This document shows, one piece after another, positions 12,880 to 64,000 of a stretch of DNA of 64,000 bases. The DNA lies in the NCBI GenBank assembly GCA_964036045.1, contig OZ038378.1:177878001-177942000 (forward strand), written 5' to 3'. The position numbers and the translations under genes are program-made. The notes beneath the pieces were generated by a model. It was given only the letters and a program-made list of their open reading frames with translations. It was not told the origin of the DNA and made no database searches. Positions within the stretch are counted from its first letter, which is position 1; every line of letters begins with the position of its first letter. This DNA is from Eutreptiella sp. 'Long Island Sound 2002'. Its lineage: Eukaryota > Protista > Euglenida.

Positions 12880-13413
12880 TGCCCGTACCCAAGTGCCGTT
12901 GCCCGCGCGTGCCAGCCCCCCCCACGCCATGTATACCGGCATCGGCGGGCCAAGGTGCCAGAGCGTCGCCGCCCCCAACCTGCCGAAAGCGTGGAACCGC
13001 AGCGCTGCGTACGGCGACCCCTGGAGGAGCCGGACCGCCGACGCCTCGAGGTTTGCTCGGGAACCGTGGAGCGACGCCGTGGCTGGTAGCCCTTGCCACT
13101 GCCTGAACTTGGCGAGGAACTTGGCCCAGGCTCTCGGATACGGCCCTAGTGTGGCCGTTTGCCATCCACGTCCGGACTTCTCACCGTAGAACTGTAGTGG
13201 GTTGGGCAGCTGGGCATCCGGTCGTACAGTGAGGGCCTCTCTGACGCGCAGCCACGCGCCGGTCGCGATCGCGGAGATGGCGACGAATTCCCAGTCGATG
13301 GCCGAGGCCGCCGCGTTCGTCACTTTCTCGGGGCGCACCCGAACTCCGCGTGCTCCCAACGCCAGTGCCGGCCCCCACAATCGGGGTAGGGGGTGTCCGG
13401 CGGCCCGTCGCAT
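12880..13413 (-). pseudogene. Tyrosine recombinase of the retrotransposon (frameshifted)
   Basis: WLRVREAL (catalytic Arg box, ~13231-13254), FYGEK (Lys), FHAFGRLGAATLW (H-x-x-R box altered, ~12968-12996), then after a shift in a G/C run GGWHARATALGY (Trp and catalytic Tyr, ~12884-12920). Confidence 0.8.
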
Positions 13414-16400
13414 CGTGACTGTGAATCATACATAACCAACCACCTTTGCTGTTTTGGGAACTCAAAGTAGATTCCCACCATCCCATCCCATGCCAGAAAC
13501 CTTTTCAAGCACCATAAAAATGCACTGGTCCATGCCTGCTAAAGACCCACAATTCTCTTGAGCACCTGTCTACTATGCATATGTACGGCGGCATGCTTAT
13601 GAAGCCAATATTATAAGTTGGTCAGGGTGACTGAACAATGGTCTCGGTACCTTGTGGACGGCATGAATGAGAAGGCAAGTGGGGCATATGGTTCTCTTTT
13701 GTTGCTGAATGGATATTGACATTGGATCCACTGGGACGGACTATATTGCTGGCGCACGCAGGAGGAGAGTGTTCCCCTTGGAGTACAACAGACGGATGCC
13801 ATCTTTGCACTTGCCCCCCTCCAAGTATGTGCAGAGAGCCCCTTTGTGTGGTTGGCTCAAAATCATTATTAAGTGTGTGCTGGGATGGAGGGGTCGAACA
13901 ACCATTTAATTGTATGTGCCCCCAATATTTTGCAATTTCTTTCCTAATCCCTTCTCCCCCGACCCCTCTTCCCCAAATTTGGTTCATACTGCTACAATTG
14001 AGATTGTCTTGGTTCTTTGCTTCGTGGCGTTGTCCTCGCAGCAATGATTAATGAGGATTGGTTGTGAGAAAACTACAAGGTGGGCTTGGGACTCCCTTTT
14101 GATTGCTTCAACCACACTGAGCAGCACCACCCCCGCCGCCGCCACGGCCACCACCACCACCACCAACACCACACACATGCACACACACACACAAACACAC
14201 ACAAACACACACAAACACACACAGACACACACAAGCACACGTGCACATGAGGCAGGAGGAGGAGACGCAGCCTTGTCCAGCCACTGAACAGGGAGCAAAG
14301 AACAGATGATTCCATGCAAATTTTGCACAATCCCCCCCTCCCCACCATCCCTCCCTCAGCTCCACCGCTCTACAAATTACAGTGTTCCGTTGCGCTCTCC
14401 CAGCAATTGTTTGTTCTGTTGATTGAATATTAGAGCTTTGATGACAGTACTGTTTGCCTTCGGTTGCCTAGTGCTGGGTTGCTGTCTTTGAGTCCTTGGA
14501 GTTGTGGCATCTGGGACTGACACCGAAGAGCCACCCCCCACCAACAACCGCTGGTACATGTGCATGGCCTGATCCAACAGCCTTTTGGTCCGCTGATGTG
14601 TCACCTATTTTCCTCGGAGCAGGTGATGCTGTTGCAGATGGGAGCTGCCGGGCAATATGGATACCAAAGGTGAGTGCATGTGTCATGGGCCAGGGGTGAA
14701 TGGCGCACAAGCAAAGCAAACCTTCTGCCAATCAGCAAGCACAGAAGAATGTGGTGATGGGGTGATAGGCATGGCGTCATCTGCTGGCGATTTGGAGCCT
14801 TCTGACTCGGTCTCAACCAAAAGAGAGCCTGAAAATGAGGGACAGCGCGAGAGAGAGAGAGAAAGAGAGAGATAGAGAAGCCAGATGTGTCTCAAGGTGT
14901 GTGTGTGTGTGCGTGCCAGGGTATCAATTCCAATCACGCTCAAACTGCGAGGTTCAACATTCCTATCATCCTACCACTGCAAAGCATGAGTTCATTGTTC
15001 TGCCCTGCAGGGAGCTGCCCTGACGGGCGACGCTCTCCATAAGTATAAGTGCTGCCAACAAACCACAGCTCCTGGCCCTTGAACCCCACCACAGTGCAAC
15101 AACACACATATTGCATGCGCGTGTGCCCTACCGCTCCCTGCAGACCAGCCCCATGCATCCTGGAGACATTGGGGGAGGGGGCTACGTACTGTATATACCC
15201 CACTGCCCTCGGTACTGCAGAAAATAAAGTCGGTGGTCTGACCTACTAGGGGGGACATGAGCAAGCCTTCATATGCCGCAATCCATCCAACCATAGGTCA
15301 AGGGAACCGTTAAACAATCAAAGACAGAAACACTGCAATGAACAAACAACATCAGGTCGGCGGTAAAGAGAGTGCGTTGTGCGTAAGAGGGGAACCAGGG
15401 AGAACCGATTGAAAGGCGGAAACACCGTAACAAACAAACTGCACATTGAGGGGGGATGATCACAGGCTGTAGACCATGTGAGGGGCGATGGTCACAAAGA
15501 AATTGCAAACGAGCTGGATGCCCCAGATGCCCCTGGTTGGCAAGGGAGTCCTCCCGTTCATTTCCGGGAACCCCTGCATGACTGCAAACGTGTCGCCAAT
15601 GTGTGGGGGCTGTGCGCGAGGCAAGGACGCCCTGCAGTGTGCGTGTGCGTGTGCGTGCATGCCAAGGTACTAGCCCCTCCTCTCCTGCATAGCTACACAA
15701 AAGTCCCAAATTAATATGGTCCCTACGCCTATTAGAGCTTGGACAAGGCTGCAGCTAACACATACAACTACCGACACACACGTGAGGGCCCGCATGGTAT
15801 GAGTGCACCTTAACCTCCACCCATGTTCCCAAAGGCATGCAAACACAAGAAAGACAATGCAGCATGAGAAGCCTACAAATGTTAGGCTTGGAAACCCTTC
15901 TTGCAATGATACACCATGCTGAACAACTGCACATACTCACCACTTGAAGATGCCTTTGAAGATGCCGTTGCCCGAGGTTTACGGGCTGGTTTGGGCTTAG
16001 GCAACTGCAGATTCTTGAGAATGAAATTGCCCTGCATGTAGTCTCTTGTAAAATACAACTTACCATCAAAGACACGGGCCATTCCTCACACACCTGGGGC
16101 AACCTTAGCCCAAACAACTGTAGTGGCATCATCATTGGAGTAACTAGAATCATCACTTGAGGAAGGGACTCGGAAATGAAACCATCCTCATCGGTGTCGG
16201 TCCGAGAATAGCATCAGAAACAGAACTTGAATCATAATCACAATTAGCAAAATACTTCAAAATCCTCAAGCTCTAAGGGGGCGTCCTTGCACCGGGCGTG
16301 TATCGCACGCTACTTTTAAACTAGGTCCCCCCCCCCCGGAAGAACCCCCAGGCACACCCCTTCCAAACGCCCCTAAATTTAGGTCATCCAAACTACCCTA

Positions 16401-16569
16401 CCTGAAGACAAGTGCAAGCTACCTTCCCTTCACATAAGACATCATGCAAAATGCGAACAGCCATGAACAGCGAAGGTCGTCACCCCGGGTATGCACCATC
16501 AACAACACATATCCTTCTTTCTATTCAATTGTCCACTAAATACAAAATCAGAATCAGCAGCTTGTGTGC

Positions 16570-17230
16570 ACGACATGACACATTGCCGGATTAAAGGATT
16601 GTGACACTGTCACATGTATGCGTGTCAATGCAAGCCGCACAATATTGCAGCTGACACTTGTCACACATGGACATCTTCTGAGGGTCAGACTTGGTGCAAC
16701 AATAGGCACATACATCCCCATCGCCACCCACAACATCCTCATTATCATTGTCCTCCTGCGTAGGTGCAGCCCATACATGTGCAGGTACATGTTCCCATGG
16801 ACCATATGGAGGGTACCGTACTGGTTTTCGAACCAAAAATTGCTGCAAATGCAAGAGTACACACACATGGCGACACGCACGTGGCTACATCACCCTTGCC
16901 TTCTCGGGTTTCCCATAGTGGGGAGAAATCAATTTGGCTTCATCACCCTTGCCTTCTCGGGGTCCTCATGGTGGGGAGAAATCAATTTGGCTACATCACC
17001 CCTGCCTTCTTGGGGTCCCCATGGCGGGGAGAAATCAAAATGACCACATTACCCCTTCCTTCTCGGGGTCCCCATGATGGGGAGAAATCAAAATGGCTAT
17101 ATCACCCCTGCCTCCTGAGGGTACCCATGGTGGGGAGGGCTCAACGTAGAAAAGAGTGGATGTGGTGGAGATGAACAAAAAAGTGTGAAAAAGGGTGGAA
17201 ATGGGTGAAATCGGGTGAAAATCCAAAAAT
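16570..17230 (-). mobile_element. piggyBac-like transposase C-terminal remnant with 53-bp tandem repeats (copy 1)
   Basis: VRYPPYGPWEHVP...CAYC..K...MSMCDKCQLQYCAACIDTHTC fits a piggyBac C-terminal Cys-rich zinc ribbon; colinear homologue at 41040-41740. Confidence 0.5.
16884..17140. repeat. 53-bp minisatellite, about 5 copies
   Basis: Unit GCTACATCACCCTTGCCTTCTCGGGTTTCCCATAGTGGGGAGAAATCAATTTG at ~16884, 16937, 16990, 17043 and 17096. Confidence 0.9.
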
Positions 17231-17633
17231 GCCATATCCCCAATGTGGAAGAAGCATCAAAACCTACGCTAGGGACAACAATGATGCCCCTAGTATCACA
17301 ATGTATGGGTCTCTAGTACGGCCAGACGACCAAATAGTTGCACTGTGCGCGCAGTACGCGCGCACTACGCTAAGTGTGCCCCCTAACCTCTTCATCCCTT
17401 TGGCGCATGGGTCCGAGCCCCCAGCGGTCGCCTGAGGCGCCAGCTTACAAGACAAGTGGTGCAGTGTTTGTTTTGTTTCGTTTCGTTTTGTGGCACTCGT
17501 AGCACCCGTGTGGGCACGCTCGCGCGTGTTGCATGTCTAAGTACATGCGCACGTGAGTGAGTGTGTGGTGCGCGTGCGTGTGAAAATGTGTGTGTCATGG
17601 CAGCAGAGTCAGCGCAGACAGGCACAAACATAC

Positions 17634-17840
17634 GCTGGTCAGGTTTCCTGGTCTGGGTGTGTGCCATTGCTGGGCGTTGACATCCAGTGACATGGGCCTC
17701 AGCGAATGTTGCGTTGTGCTTCAGAAGGTTTTGCGCAAGCCTCTCGTTGGCGGAATCGGACAGCAGAAACCGAGGGCTCTGGGTACCTTCCAATTCATAA
17801 TCGTCATCGCCTTCATACCACACCGAGACCACCTTCCACC
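17634..17840 (-). CDS. Putative exon (GWKVVSVWYEGDDDYELEGTQSPRFLLSDSANERLAQNLLKHNATFAEAHVTGCQ...), possible C-terminal extension of the large receptor gene
   Basis: Acceptor ttgttcacag|, donor C|GTATGT, phase 1-1, in frame with 18030-17935. Confidence 0.5.
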
Positions 17841-17934
17841 CTGTGAACAATGCAGTGAACCATGTAAACGAAAGTTCTTGTCACAAAATACGTAGAACCA
17901 CAATACAACACGGTTCCAACGGCCACAGCCACAC

Positions 17935-18030
17935 CTGTGCCTGACATGGAGGGGCAAACCATGCTGCACAGTGACAACGCATTGCCATCCCAAGACAACG
18001 AAATTTGCACATCTGGTGCATGCAGCCATT
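17935..18030 (-). CDS. Putative exon (EWLHAPDVQISLSWDGNALSLCSMVCPSMSGT)
   Basis: Acceptor ccccctttgcag|, donor G|GTGTGG, 96 nt, phase 1-1. Confidence 0.5.
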
Positions 18031-18705
18031 CTGCAAAGGGGGATGGGGGACGGGGTCTGGCCGGCTTTCTGCGTCGCCTTTCGGGTGGAACGTGGATGCC
18101 ACAGGCTCCGCTGTGGAGCTGTGTGAGCATGGCCACCCCCTTTCCCAGGCCCCACTCTCCTTCCTGTGCATGTTCCTAGTGAATGGTGATTCCCTCATGA
18201 CTACCTGCATACATGCGGACATGTGAGCATAGATCCCCCCATCCATCCATTCATGGTATATCATGTAATACAGCTGTGGGGGAGGGGTGGGTGTTCCGTA
18301 AGGCTGATTGGGTGTCATGTAACACACCCACTGCCCAGTGCCAAGTATTTTGTGTGACCTCATGGGGGGGGGGGGTCGACTCCTCGGTCTATGGCGTGGA
18401 ACCGCCCCCCCCCCCCAAAACTTAAAGTGGCCGAAGGTCCCTTTGCGAGGGGGATCCCAAGAAAAGGGGGGGCAGGTAGGTAGGGCATCAGAGAGGTGGA
18501 AGAGGATGGGGAGTTCGCGCCCCCAGAGCGAGGAGTCAAGCCCCGGTGTGCAACCTGCTTGGTCGCAGTCCCTGCCAGCGCTGGTAGGGGCTTCAAATGG
18601 AGCGGCGAGGCGGAGGAGGGGAGGTCTCGCAGCCAGACAACGGGTCTGCAAGGGGTGGGTGGGGGGCAAAGAAAGGGAGCACGAAGGCACACACACCCAC
18701 ATCAC

Positions 18706-19015
18706 CCAGTCCGTCATTCGGCATCGAAGGCAGCGGCGGCGGTTGCGGATCGGAGCTGGAGTGAGTGCGGGTGTGCTCCGAGGGGTTGCTGGTGGTGACG
18801 TTCGTAGGCAGGGACCCGCAGGATGACATGCTTTTGGTGGCGAAGGAATTGTCGTGCTCCCCCATTTGAATCTCGATTCGGGCGATGGACTGTGTGGGCG
18901 ACGAGGCCTGGCTCAAAGCACTCGGACGCGGTGAGCTCATGTCTTTCCCACGGGGCGAATCCTTGAAAACTATTGGCGACGCAAAAGGCGATGGGTTGCA
19001 ACATGTCGGCCATAC
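18706..19015 (-). CDS. Putative exon, Ser/Pro-rich (VWPTCCNPSPFASPIVFKDSPRGKDMSSPRPSAL...)
   Basis: Acceptor ctctaatcccccag|, donor G|GTGATG, phase 0-1; compatible with the phase-0 donor at 24432 upstream and with the 18030 exon downstream. Confidence 0.5.
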
Positions 19016-19749
19016 CTGGGGGATTAGAGGCAGAACACCCCAACGATCTCCGAGGCACCAGCAAACGGTTCCGCTGCTCGTCTCTTCCGACTTGCAGTGT
19101 AACCAAGACTCTAATGCTGGCTTATGCGACACTTATAGCCCCCCCCCCCCCCGGCGCTTTTGAATTTCCTGCCCTAGTGTGCGACGGTCTCCATGGGAGG
19201 GAGATGGTCGCCTACAGTCTCCCGGGGGGGGGGGGGGTGCAATGGCATTTCAAGGCAAAGCATGGCGTAGAACTTCCGGGTACAACAATAGCACACTTTG
19301 AACTGTTGCACATGTTCATCACTGGGAGAAAAAATCTTGGGTCTGAAACAGGGTTTTGGGGTTAATTCAGGGACCCACCCACCCAGAATTTTGGCATACC
19401 CACAGACCGACAAATGCCCCCACCCCCCCCCGGGCAACACCTGGCACAGTAAAATGAGGAACGGGTGGAACAAAGGGTTCATGCAAAAACCATTTTCTGT
19501 CAAAAGAAATCGCAGAAAAATGAATATATTTACGGCCCCTTTGTGGAGTAACATGTTTGCATATGTGGTGGTGCTCGCCCGGTGCTCGGCACAAGGACTC
19601 CATCCATACCGTACCATAACCCCCGGAAGGCTGGGGGGTCTGACACCCACCCAACCACCCACCCACCCACCCACGTACCCAACTGAGACATGCAATACAG
19701 AAGACCAAGCCTGGCGAACCACTCCTTTTACCAAAAACCACAACAGCAA

Positions 19750-19925
19750 CTGTGGGGTTCTAGCGTTACCCCCTTCGCATCCAACACAAACCACAAAGCA
19801 TCCTAGCCCCTTTATGGGCGTGGGGCAGACACAGGAACTGTGGGGTTCTAGCGTTGCCCCCTTCGCATTTGACAGAAATGACAGTGCATCCTAGGCCCTT
19901 TATGGGCGTGGGGCGTGCACACGTG
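19750..19925. repeat. Two tandem ~88-bp units
   Basis: CTGTGGGGTTCTAGCGTT.CCCCCTTCGCAT...GCATCCTAG.CCCTTTATGGGCGTGGGGC at 19750 and 19838. Confidence 0.85.
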
Positions 19926-20549
19926 ATATGCAATGCCATGTAAACACACCATAAATAAACATGTTACATGGAACCTGCAACAGAAGAAAGAAAGAAGTGG
20001 CACTGGCTCGATAGACCCAAGGGCCCCCACAAAGTCCCACCCCACCCCGGGGGGGGGGGGGGTGGTTGGACACCCACCCACCCTGAAATTCTGCCAGACC
20101 CCCCCCCCCGTGGGGTAGGACGGACACTAAGTAAAACCCTGGTCTGAAATGGGCAACACGAAACGCCGTAATAGATGGTAACGAGCAAATATTGAAGTGA
20201 CAGGGGGGGGATTGCAAGGGGCGGGAGATTTATTACGTACTTGTTTATGCGGTATCCAGGATTTGAAGTTGGTACCTCCTTGCCAGGCATCATGTGCTAT
20301 GACAGCTGAGCCACGTGACCTGACAGCTAAGGTCATGTTAGGGGGGTTGGATTGGGTCTCGGCTTGCGCCAAAGGCGGTGTCTCACGGCCTATATGAACG
20401 CAGCATAACTAGGTCCCGACCTCCGGTTGCCTGGTCTCACTACCGTCGAGACTGCCGAGGAACCCCAAATCCCGCCAAGGCACTGGTGGGAGGGATATAT
20501 CGCCGTGTCTGTGTGAGTGTCTTGCACATGCTTGGGGTGAAGGGGGGGG

Positions 20550-22150
20550 TGCTGGGTTAACCGGATGCATCCAGTGTTTGGTCCCCCTCAATTCCCCCAA
20601 TACATGCACCTCCCGGGCTCTGTCAGGAGCGGCAGATAACCAATTGTCATTCACCCCCCCCCCCCCCCCAGCAAAATTTGTGGCACTTGGTCTACGCCCT
20701 TAGGACAGTGGCCTTAAGAACTCTGTGGTACTTTGTCAAGGCCCACAAGTCAATGACCTTGACAGCTTTGCAGCCCCTCGCCTAGGCCCTGGGGATCCCA
20801 CTTGGCTAACCCCAAAAGCCGAGGAAAATTATTTTCACTAGGTGAGACCGGGACAGTTGTCCCTGCGCCCAGTGCTACTTCTGCCCCTTGTTGTCCCTCC
20901 CATGTGGATGCTAGCACGCTCCGCATAAAGTCTTTCCCAAACTGCGGAGTTTGGAGGGTGCTTACCACCGCAGATGATGTGGGAAATGTAACACAGGGCC
21001 AGGGGGTTATGGATGACTGAGCGTTGCCCATTAGTAGTGCGGAGCATACTCAGGCATTTTGCTAATTGTTTTGGGGGTTTTCTACGTGTCCAGTGTGCCA
21101 GTTTGCTGCACCCATTAGGGGTGGGTTAGCTGTCCACTCATGAGTTCGGTGGTGAAGCGGGCGAGTTCGAACAAAGCGGCCTTGACAAGTTTGCATTGCC
21201 TTGTCTAGGCTCTCAGAAACATGGCCTTGATGAGGGAGGATGGAGGATGGTCCCATCCGCACCCATCCAACCCGCCCACACCAAGCCTCTAGCCCCCACC
21301 CCACCCTGCCCCCTAGCCACGAGTGGAGGATTCCCTCAAAAGGCAAACACATACGCACACCCAGTCCCAACACCAAGTCCCAACCTGCAACTCACTCAGC
21401 CTTTATAGCACCCCCCGCCCCCCACCAACGGAGACTGTCTAGAATCCAGCAATCTTCAGCATGGACTATGTCACAAGACTTAGTTTTGTACATGAATTGT
21501 CCAGATTTTTCAGGGATTTGTGTGTTTTTCTTCCCCCAATTTCTCTGGTTCACCTGAGCTGAGATAGCAACATGTAATTTGACATGACTGCAAAAAACTA
21601 GACTTCCTCAAACAAACTTCCTCACAACACGATAGCAGCCCCCCTCCCCCCCTTCCTTCGACATGGTCTTGCCATGGACGTCAGCAATTGCTTCTTTCCC
21701 TTCGCATGCACACTACATTACATGCACCAACACAATGACAAGCACAAGGATATGCCCCTGTAGCCGCATGCCAGCACCCCCCCCCCCGTTGTCTTAGGTG
21801 CACTAAAGCAACACCCTTGTTGACTGCTTTCCCCCCCTTTTTTTGGTGGTGCGCAACATGCGTTTTTGAAAAGGCAATCTGGGAGCATTGGTCATTGCAA
21901 GTGAACATGCCATTTTCAATTGCCTGTTTTCAGACCTCCCTGTCCTCATCCAAGCAGAGGTGACAAAGACAACCCCTATTTCTAAGGTCTGCACAATTTT
22001 GACCACAATTTCTGTTTGGTTGGTGTATCCGAGCCCCTACGTGGGTTTGGTGTGGTTGGTGTTGTTGAACATTCCGTTCGCAGTATTCTGGTTCGCATAC
22101 CTTGCATCAATGAGCAAACCGACAGCCCCCGAAAACTTGGTGTCATGAAA
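20550..22150 (-). mobile_element. Highly decayed DIRS/TATE-like RT-RNaseH remnant(s)
   Basis: Minus-strand motifs in the expected order: KFSGAVGLLIDARYANQ (~22100), MCLPFEG (~21340), WMHPVNPA (~20560). Spacing is irregular, so this may be more than one fragment. Confidence 0.3.
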
Positions 22151-23920
22151 GAGATCCCTTAAAATGAAACATCTCGGTTCCAAGTTGCCAATACCATGGC
22201 CTTCTGCAATGCACACGTGGATCACCCATGGTTCCACGTGTCTCACGTGTGTCCAGTTTCCTCCGCAAGTGCCAATGGGCGTTTGTGCGCCTTCTGGCGA
22301 CCCTCCCCAAACTCCCAGGCTCATAGCTTTCAGACGGCACCACCGTGGTACAGCCAGCAAGTGGCAAGTCCATGTCGGTGTCTCTGGAGTCAGACGTAGG
22401 TCTGCCAGCGCCCCCCCCCCCCCCCCGGGGCACAGTGCGGTGGTCTACTCACCGTCAGGCCTCGTCCGCAGTGACCCCCCCAGACAACCAATGCCGCAGG
22501 TTCCAGGGACGCGGTCAGGATCATCTTGGAGGAAGTAGTACCTCTAGCCGACCTGCTCATGATCCTGGACACGCTGGAGTGGCTTACTAGGCCTCACCCG
22601 GCCCTCAACCCTCACATTGAGGTCCTGCATCCACGGGCAGTGCTTCCCCTCTCGGTGGCTTTCCTGGCGCGCTGGACAGTGTGCCACCTCCAGAGTCAGC
22701 GCATGATAGCAAGGTGACGCCTGCCGATGCGAATGCCCCCTCCCCCAACCGCGCGCTGGCCCCCAGGGTGACCATACTCGTACCCCCTCCCGGGCGGGAC
22801 CCTTCCGTGTCGCACCTGCTTCAGGTCCACCCTGACCCTCTGGTTATACTTACCCTAGCCTCTGAGGTTCAACCCCTGCTCCGTGCACTCCCAGGACCCA
22901 TGAACACACTGGCTGTCCGCCACCATGTGCTGTTGCAGGACGCCTCCGTGGTGCACACTTTGCTGACCCAGGACCACTTTCAGTGATGCGTCTCCCATGG
23001 CCTTCTCCTGTCCTTGCTGTGCCTGCCTTCTTCCAGCCGCCTGAGTCCCCCGGCAGGGTCGAAACCACAGTGCACCGTCGCACAGCACATGCATGACCGC
23101 ACTAGGAGGTGTATGCCCCGCTCCCAGACTGCGTGGCGCGGGAGTGAGTGCGGCGCACCTAAGCCTGACTTCCCCAATGAGAGGCACCCCGTGGGTCTCT
23201 AAGACCCTCTTCGGAATGGGAAGACAAGCCCAAAGCCCAAAGCCCTTGGGGAGGGGTCCAGAAGACCTTGGGTCATGATCCTCCCTGTTTGGCCCGTGTG
23301 CATTCCTGCAAACTCCAAAAAAGCCACGCACAAAGCCCATTCCAGGTCCCAAACAGGCACCACACACTGTACACTCTGTGCACTGCACACAACGGTCTCT
23401 GTGCAACACATCGCCCCCCTTTGCGCAGTACACACTGTGCACTCTGCCTACTGCACCGCACACTCTGCACAGTGCACTGGAGGAGGCATTTTGGCAGGCC
23501 TCTGCAACACCGCCAACCCCCTTCAATGGCCCACAGGCCGTGTTGCAGGGGGTTTCGGGGTGACATGGGTTACTGGGGTCTAAATTGCTGAGATCTGCTG
23601 CTGCAGAAATGATGGGGACCAACTTGAAGTGGTCAAAATGGTGTTGCTAGGCCTCACACCAAAGTTCGATTCAGTTCTGGACCCCAACCCCTGCGGCATG
23701 AGCAAGGGGATGTGGCAATTCAATTTGGACATCGCTGCAACATTGTCCAAATGCCTACATGTGATCCCCATTGAAGCTTTTTCGTTGCTTGAACTGTGCC
23801 AAAACCATCCAGCAGTTCGGGAATGGGGCAATGACTCTCATTGGATGAGCCTCATCGATGTTTGGGGCCTATATGCAAACCCTATTGCAGCAAAGCATGC
23901 ACCTACCCACCCACCCCCTC

Positions 23921-24271
23921 CTTGCGAGAGCAACACTAAAATTCCAGAATTTGACAGAAACAACACCTCTTGGTGCTCTGACAAGGGCGTTGTTTGTGCG
24001 CCCTGTGAGAAAACACAAGAGGTGCCTATTGCGTCATGAATGTAACAGTCGTCAGGTGATTCCCTGATCTCCACCTCCAAAAGGACAAGAAGGGGTGAAA
24101 ATGCGTGTAAGGGCAGCAACCAATGTCCCTAAAAACCCATGCCAAGCCTCAAACCACCGGAAAAATGTGATCTTCATAGACCACCAGAAAATGGAACCGC
24201 CAAATTCCACAGTTCCAAAAACGGAAACAACCCCCCGACTGTGCCTCTGACACGGGCGTTGCTCTCGCAAG
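23921..24271. mobile_element. ~350-bp MITE with perfect 14-bp TIR CTTGCGAGAGCAAC
   Basis: CTTGCGAGAGCAAC 23921-23934 and GTTGCTCTCGCAAG 24258-24271; internal direct repeat (GAAACAAC...CTCTGACA.GGGCG); shorter sibling at 59001-59162. Confidence 0.75.
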
Positions 24272-24413
24272 GGCGCCGGGGGGGGGGGGGTAGGCAGCCG
24301 AATGCTTGTTGACCTGTTGTTTGCCACGTTGTTGCTGTGCCATGTAAGACATCCGGTTGTCCTTTGCAAACAAACAAACAACAACACACAATGCAGCCCT
24401 TCAGGACAGCCCT

Positions 24414-63504
<39,091 letters not shown>

Positions 63505-63774
63505 CTGGGACAAAGACATAGCAAATCCGAGCTGAGGGACAGCAAACGTGATCATTAGGGACGCAACAACATGCAGAAATAGGTTGTGGACGGAAGGATG
63601 TAGTTGCAGGTACCCGGCGCAACCGGGGGGGGGGGGGGGGGTTGGCACAAGGTCTTGGTATTTGGTTGTTTTTTGGGGGGGTACCACAACACTGTGTCTT
63701 TGAACCTGCAATGTCGCAAAAAGCAGCGCCTGTATAAAGCAGCATACGAAACCTTGGCACGGTGCGTGCAATGC

Positions 63775-64000
63775 CCTTGTAGGGATTTGTCGAGGGTTGT
63801 AGGGAGTTGTACAGGGTTGCAGGCGGTTGTTGAGGGTTGCAGGGACTTGTAGAGGGTTTTTAGGGGGTTGTAGGGGGTTGTAGAGGGTTGTAGTTGTGCA
63901 GGTTGTCGAGGGTTGTAGGGAATTGTCGAGGGTTGTAGGGGGTGTAGAGGGTTGTAGGGAGTTGTAGAGGGTTGTAGGCAGTTGTTGAGGGTTGTAGGGA
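63775..64000. repeat. Degenerate (GAGGGTTGTA)-type tandem repeat running to the window end
   Basis: Directly visible. Confidence 0.85.

Larger units (their letters stand above)
11050..13413 (-). mobile_element. VIPER/TATE-type (DIRS order) tyrosine-recombinase retrotransposon, 5'-truncated and disabled
   Basis: GC-rich segment with the YR ORF upstream of RT-RNaseH on the same strand; motifs are listed in the two sub-features. Confidence 0.85.

Noticed and set aside
16884-17140. 53-bp periodic array as a possible CRISPR
   Set aside because: Whole units are repeated with no unique spacers, there are no cas genes, and the context is eukaryotic.
23100-23160. Alternative short terminal exon (VRRTHSRATQSGSGAYTS*) for the large gene
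   Set aside because: It is phase-compatible, but the acceptor is weak and there is no other support; the 19015 chain is better supported.

Overview
Eukaryotic (protist-type) genomic DNA that is repeat-rich and has large introns. I found no bacterial operons, rRNA, tRNA or CRISPR. The main feature is a very large minus-strand gene. By hand I can splice it through 20 frame-consistent GT-AG exons from 63504 down to about 24414 (about 3,600 aa); the 5' end lies outside the window, and it may continue through three more exons to about 17634. Predicted domain order: PKD/REJ-like region, GAIN/GPS motif (HL|STFAVL), IPT/TIG, about 31 EGF/laminin-EGF modules in one 5.15-kb exon, propeller-like region, two IPT/TIG, Ig-like domains, Cys-rich domain, about 9 TM helices resembling TRP-like membrane domains, and a Ser/Pro-rich tail. 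The left 23 kb and the introns are full of mobile DNA: a fairly young but disabled tyrosine-recombinase retrotransposon with YR upstream of RT-RNaseH (VIPER/TATE order), older remnants of that type, piggyBac-like transposase C-terminal fragments, several MITE families (one with TAA target duplications), short modules embedded in poly-G runs, minisatellites, microsatellites and interstitial TTAGGG-like repeats. The TATE-like gene order and GTNY-type donor sites suggest a euglenozoan or euglenid host (inference). All exon boundaries and family calls come from reading the sequence by eye, without database searches.
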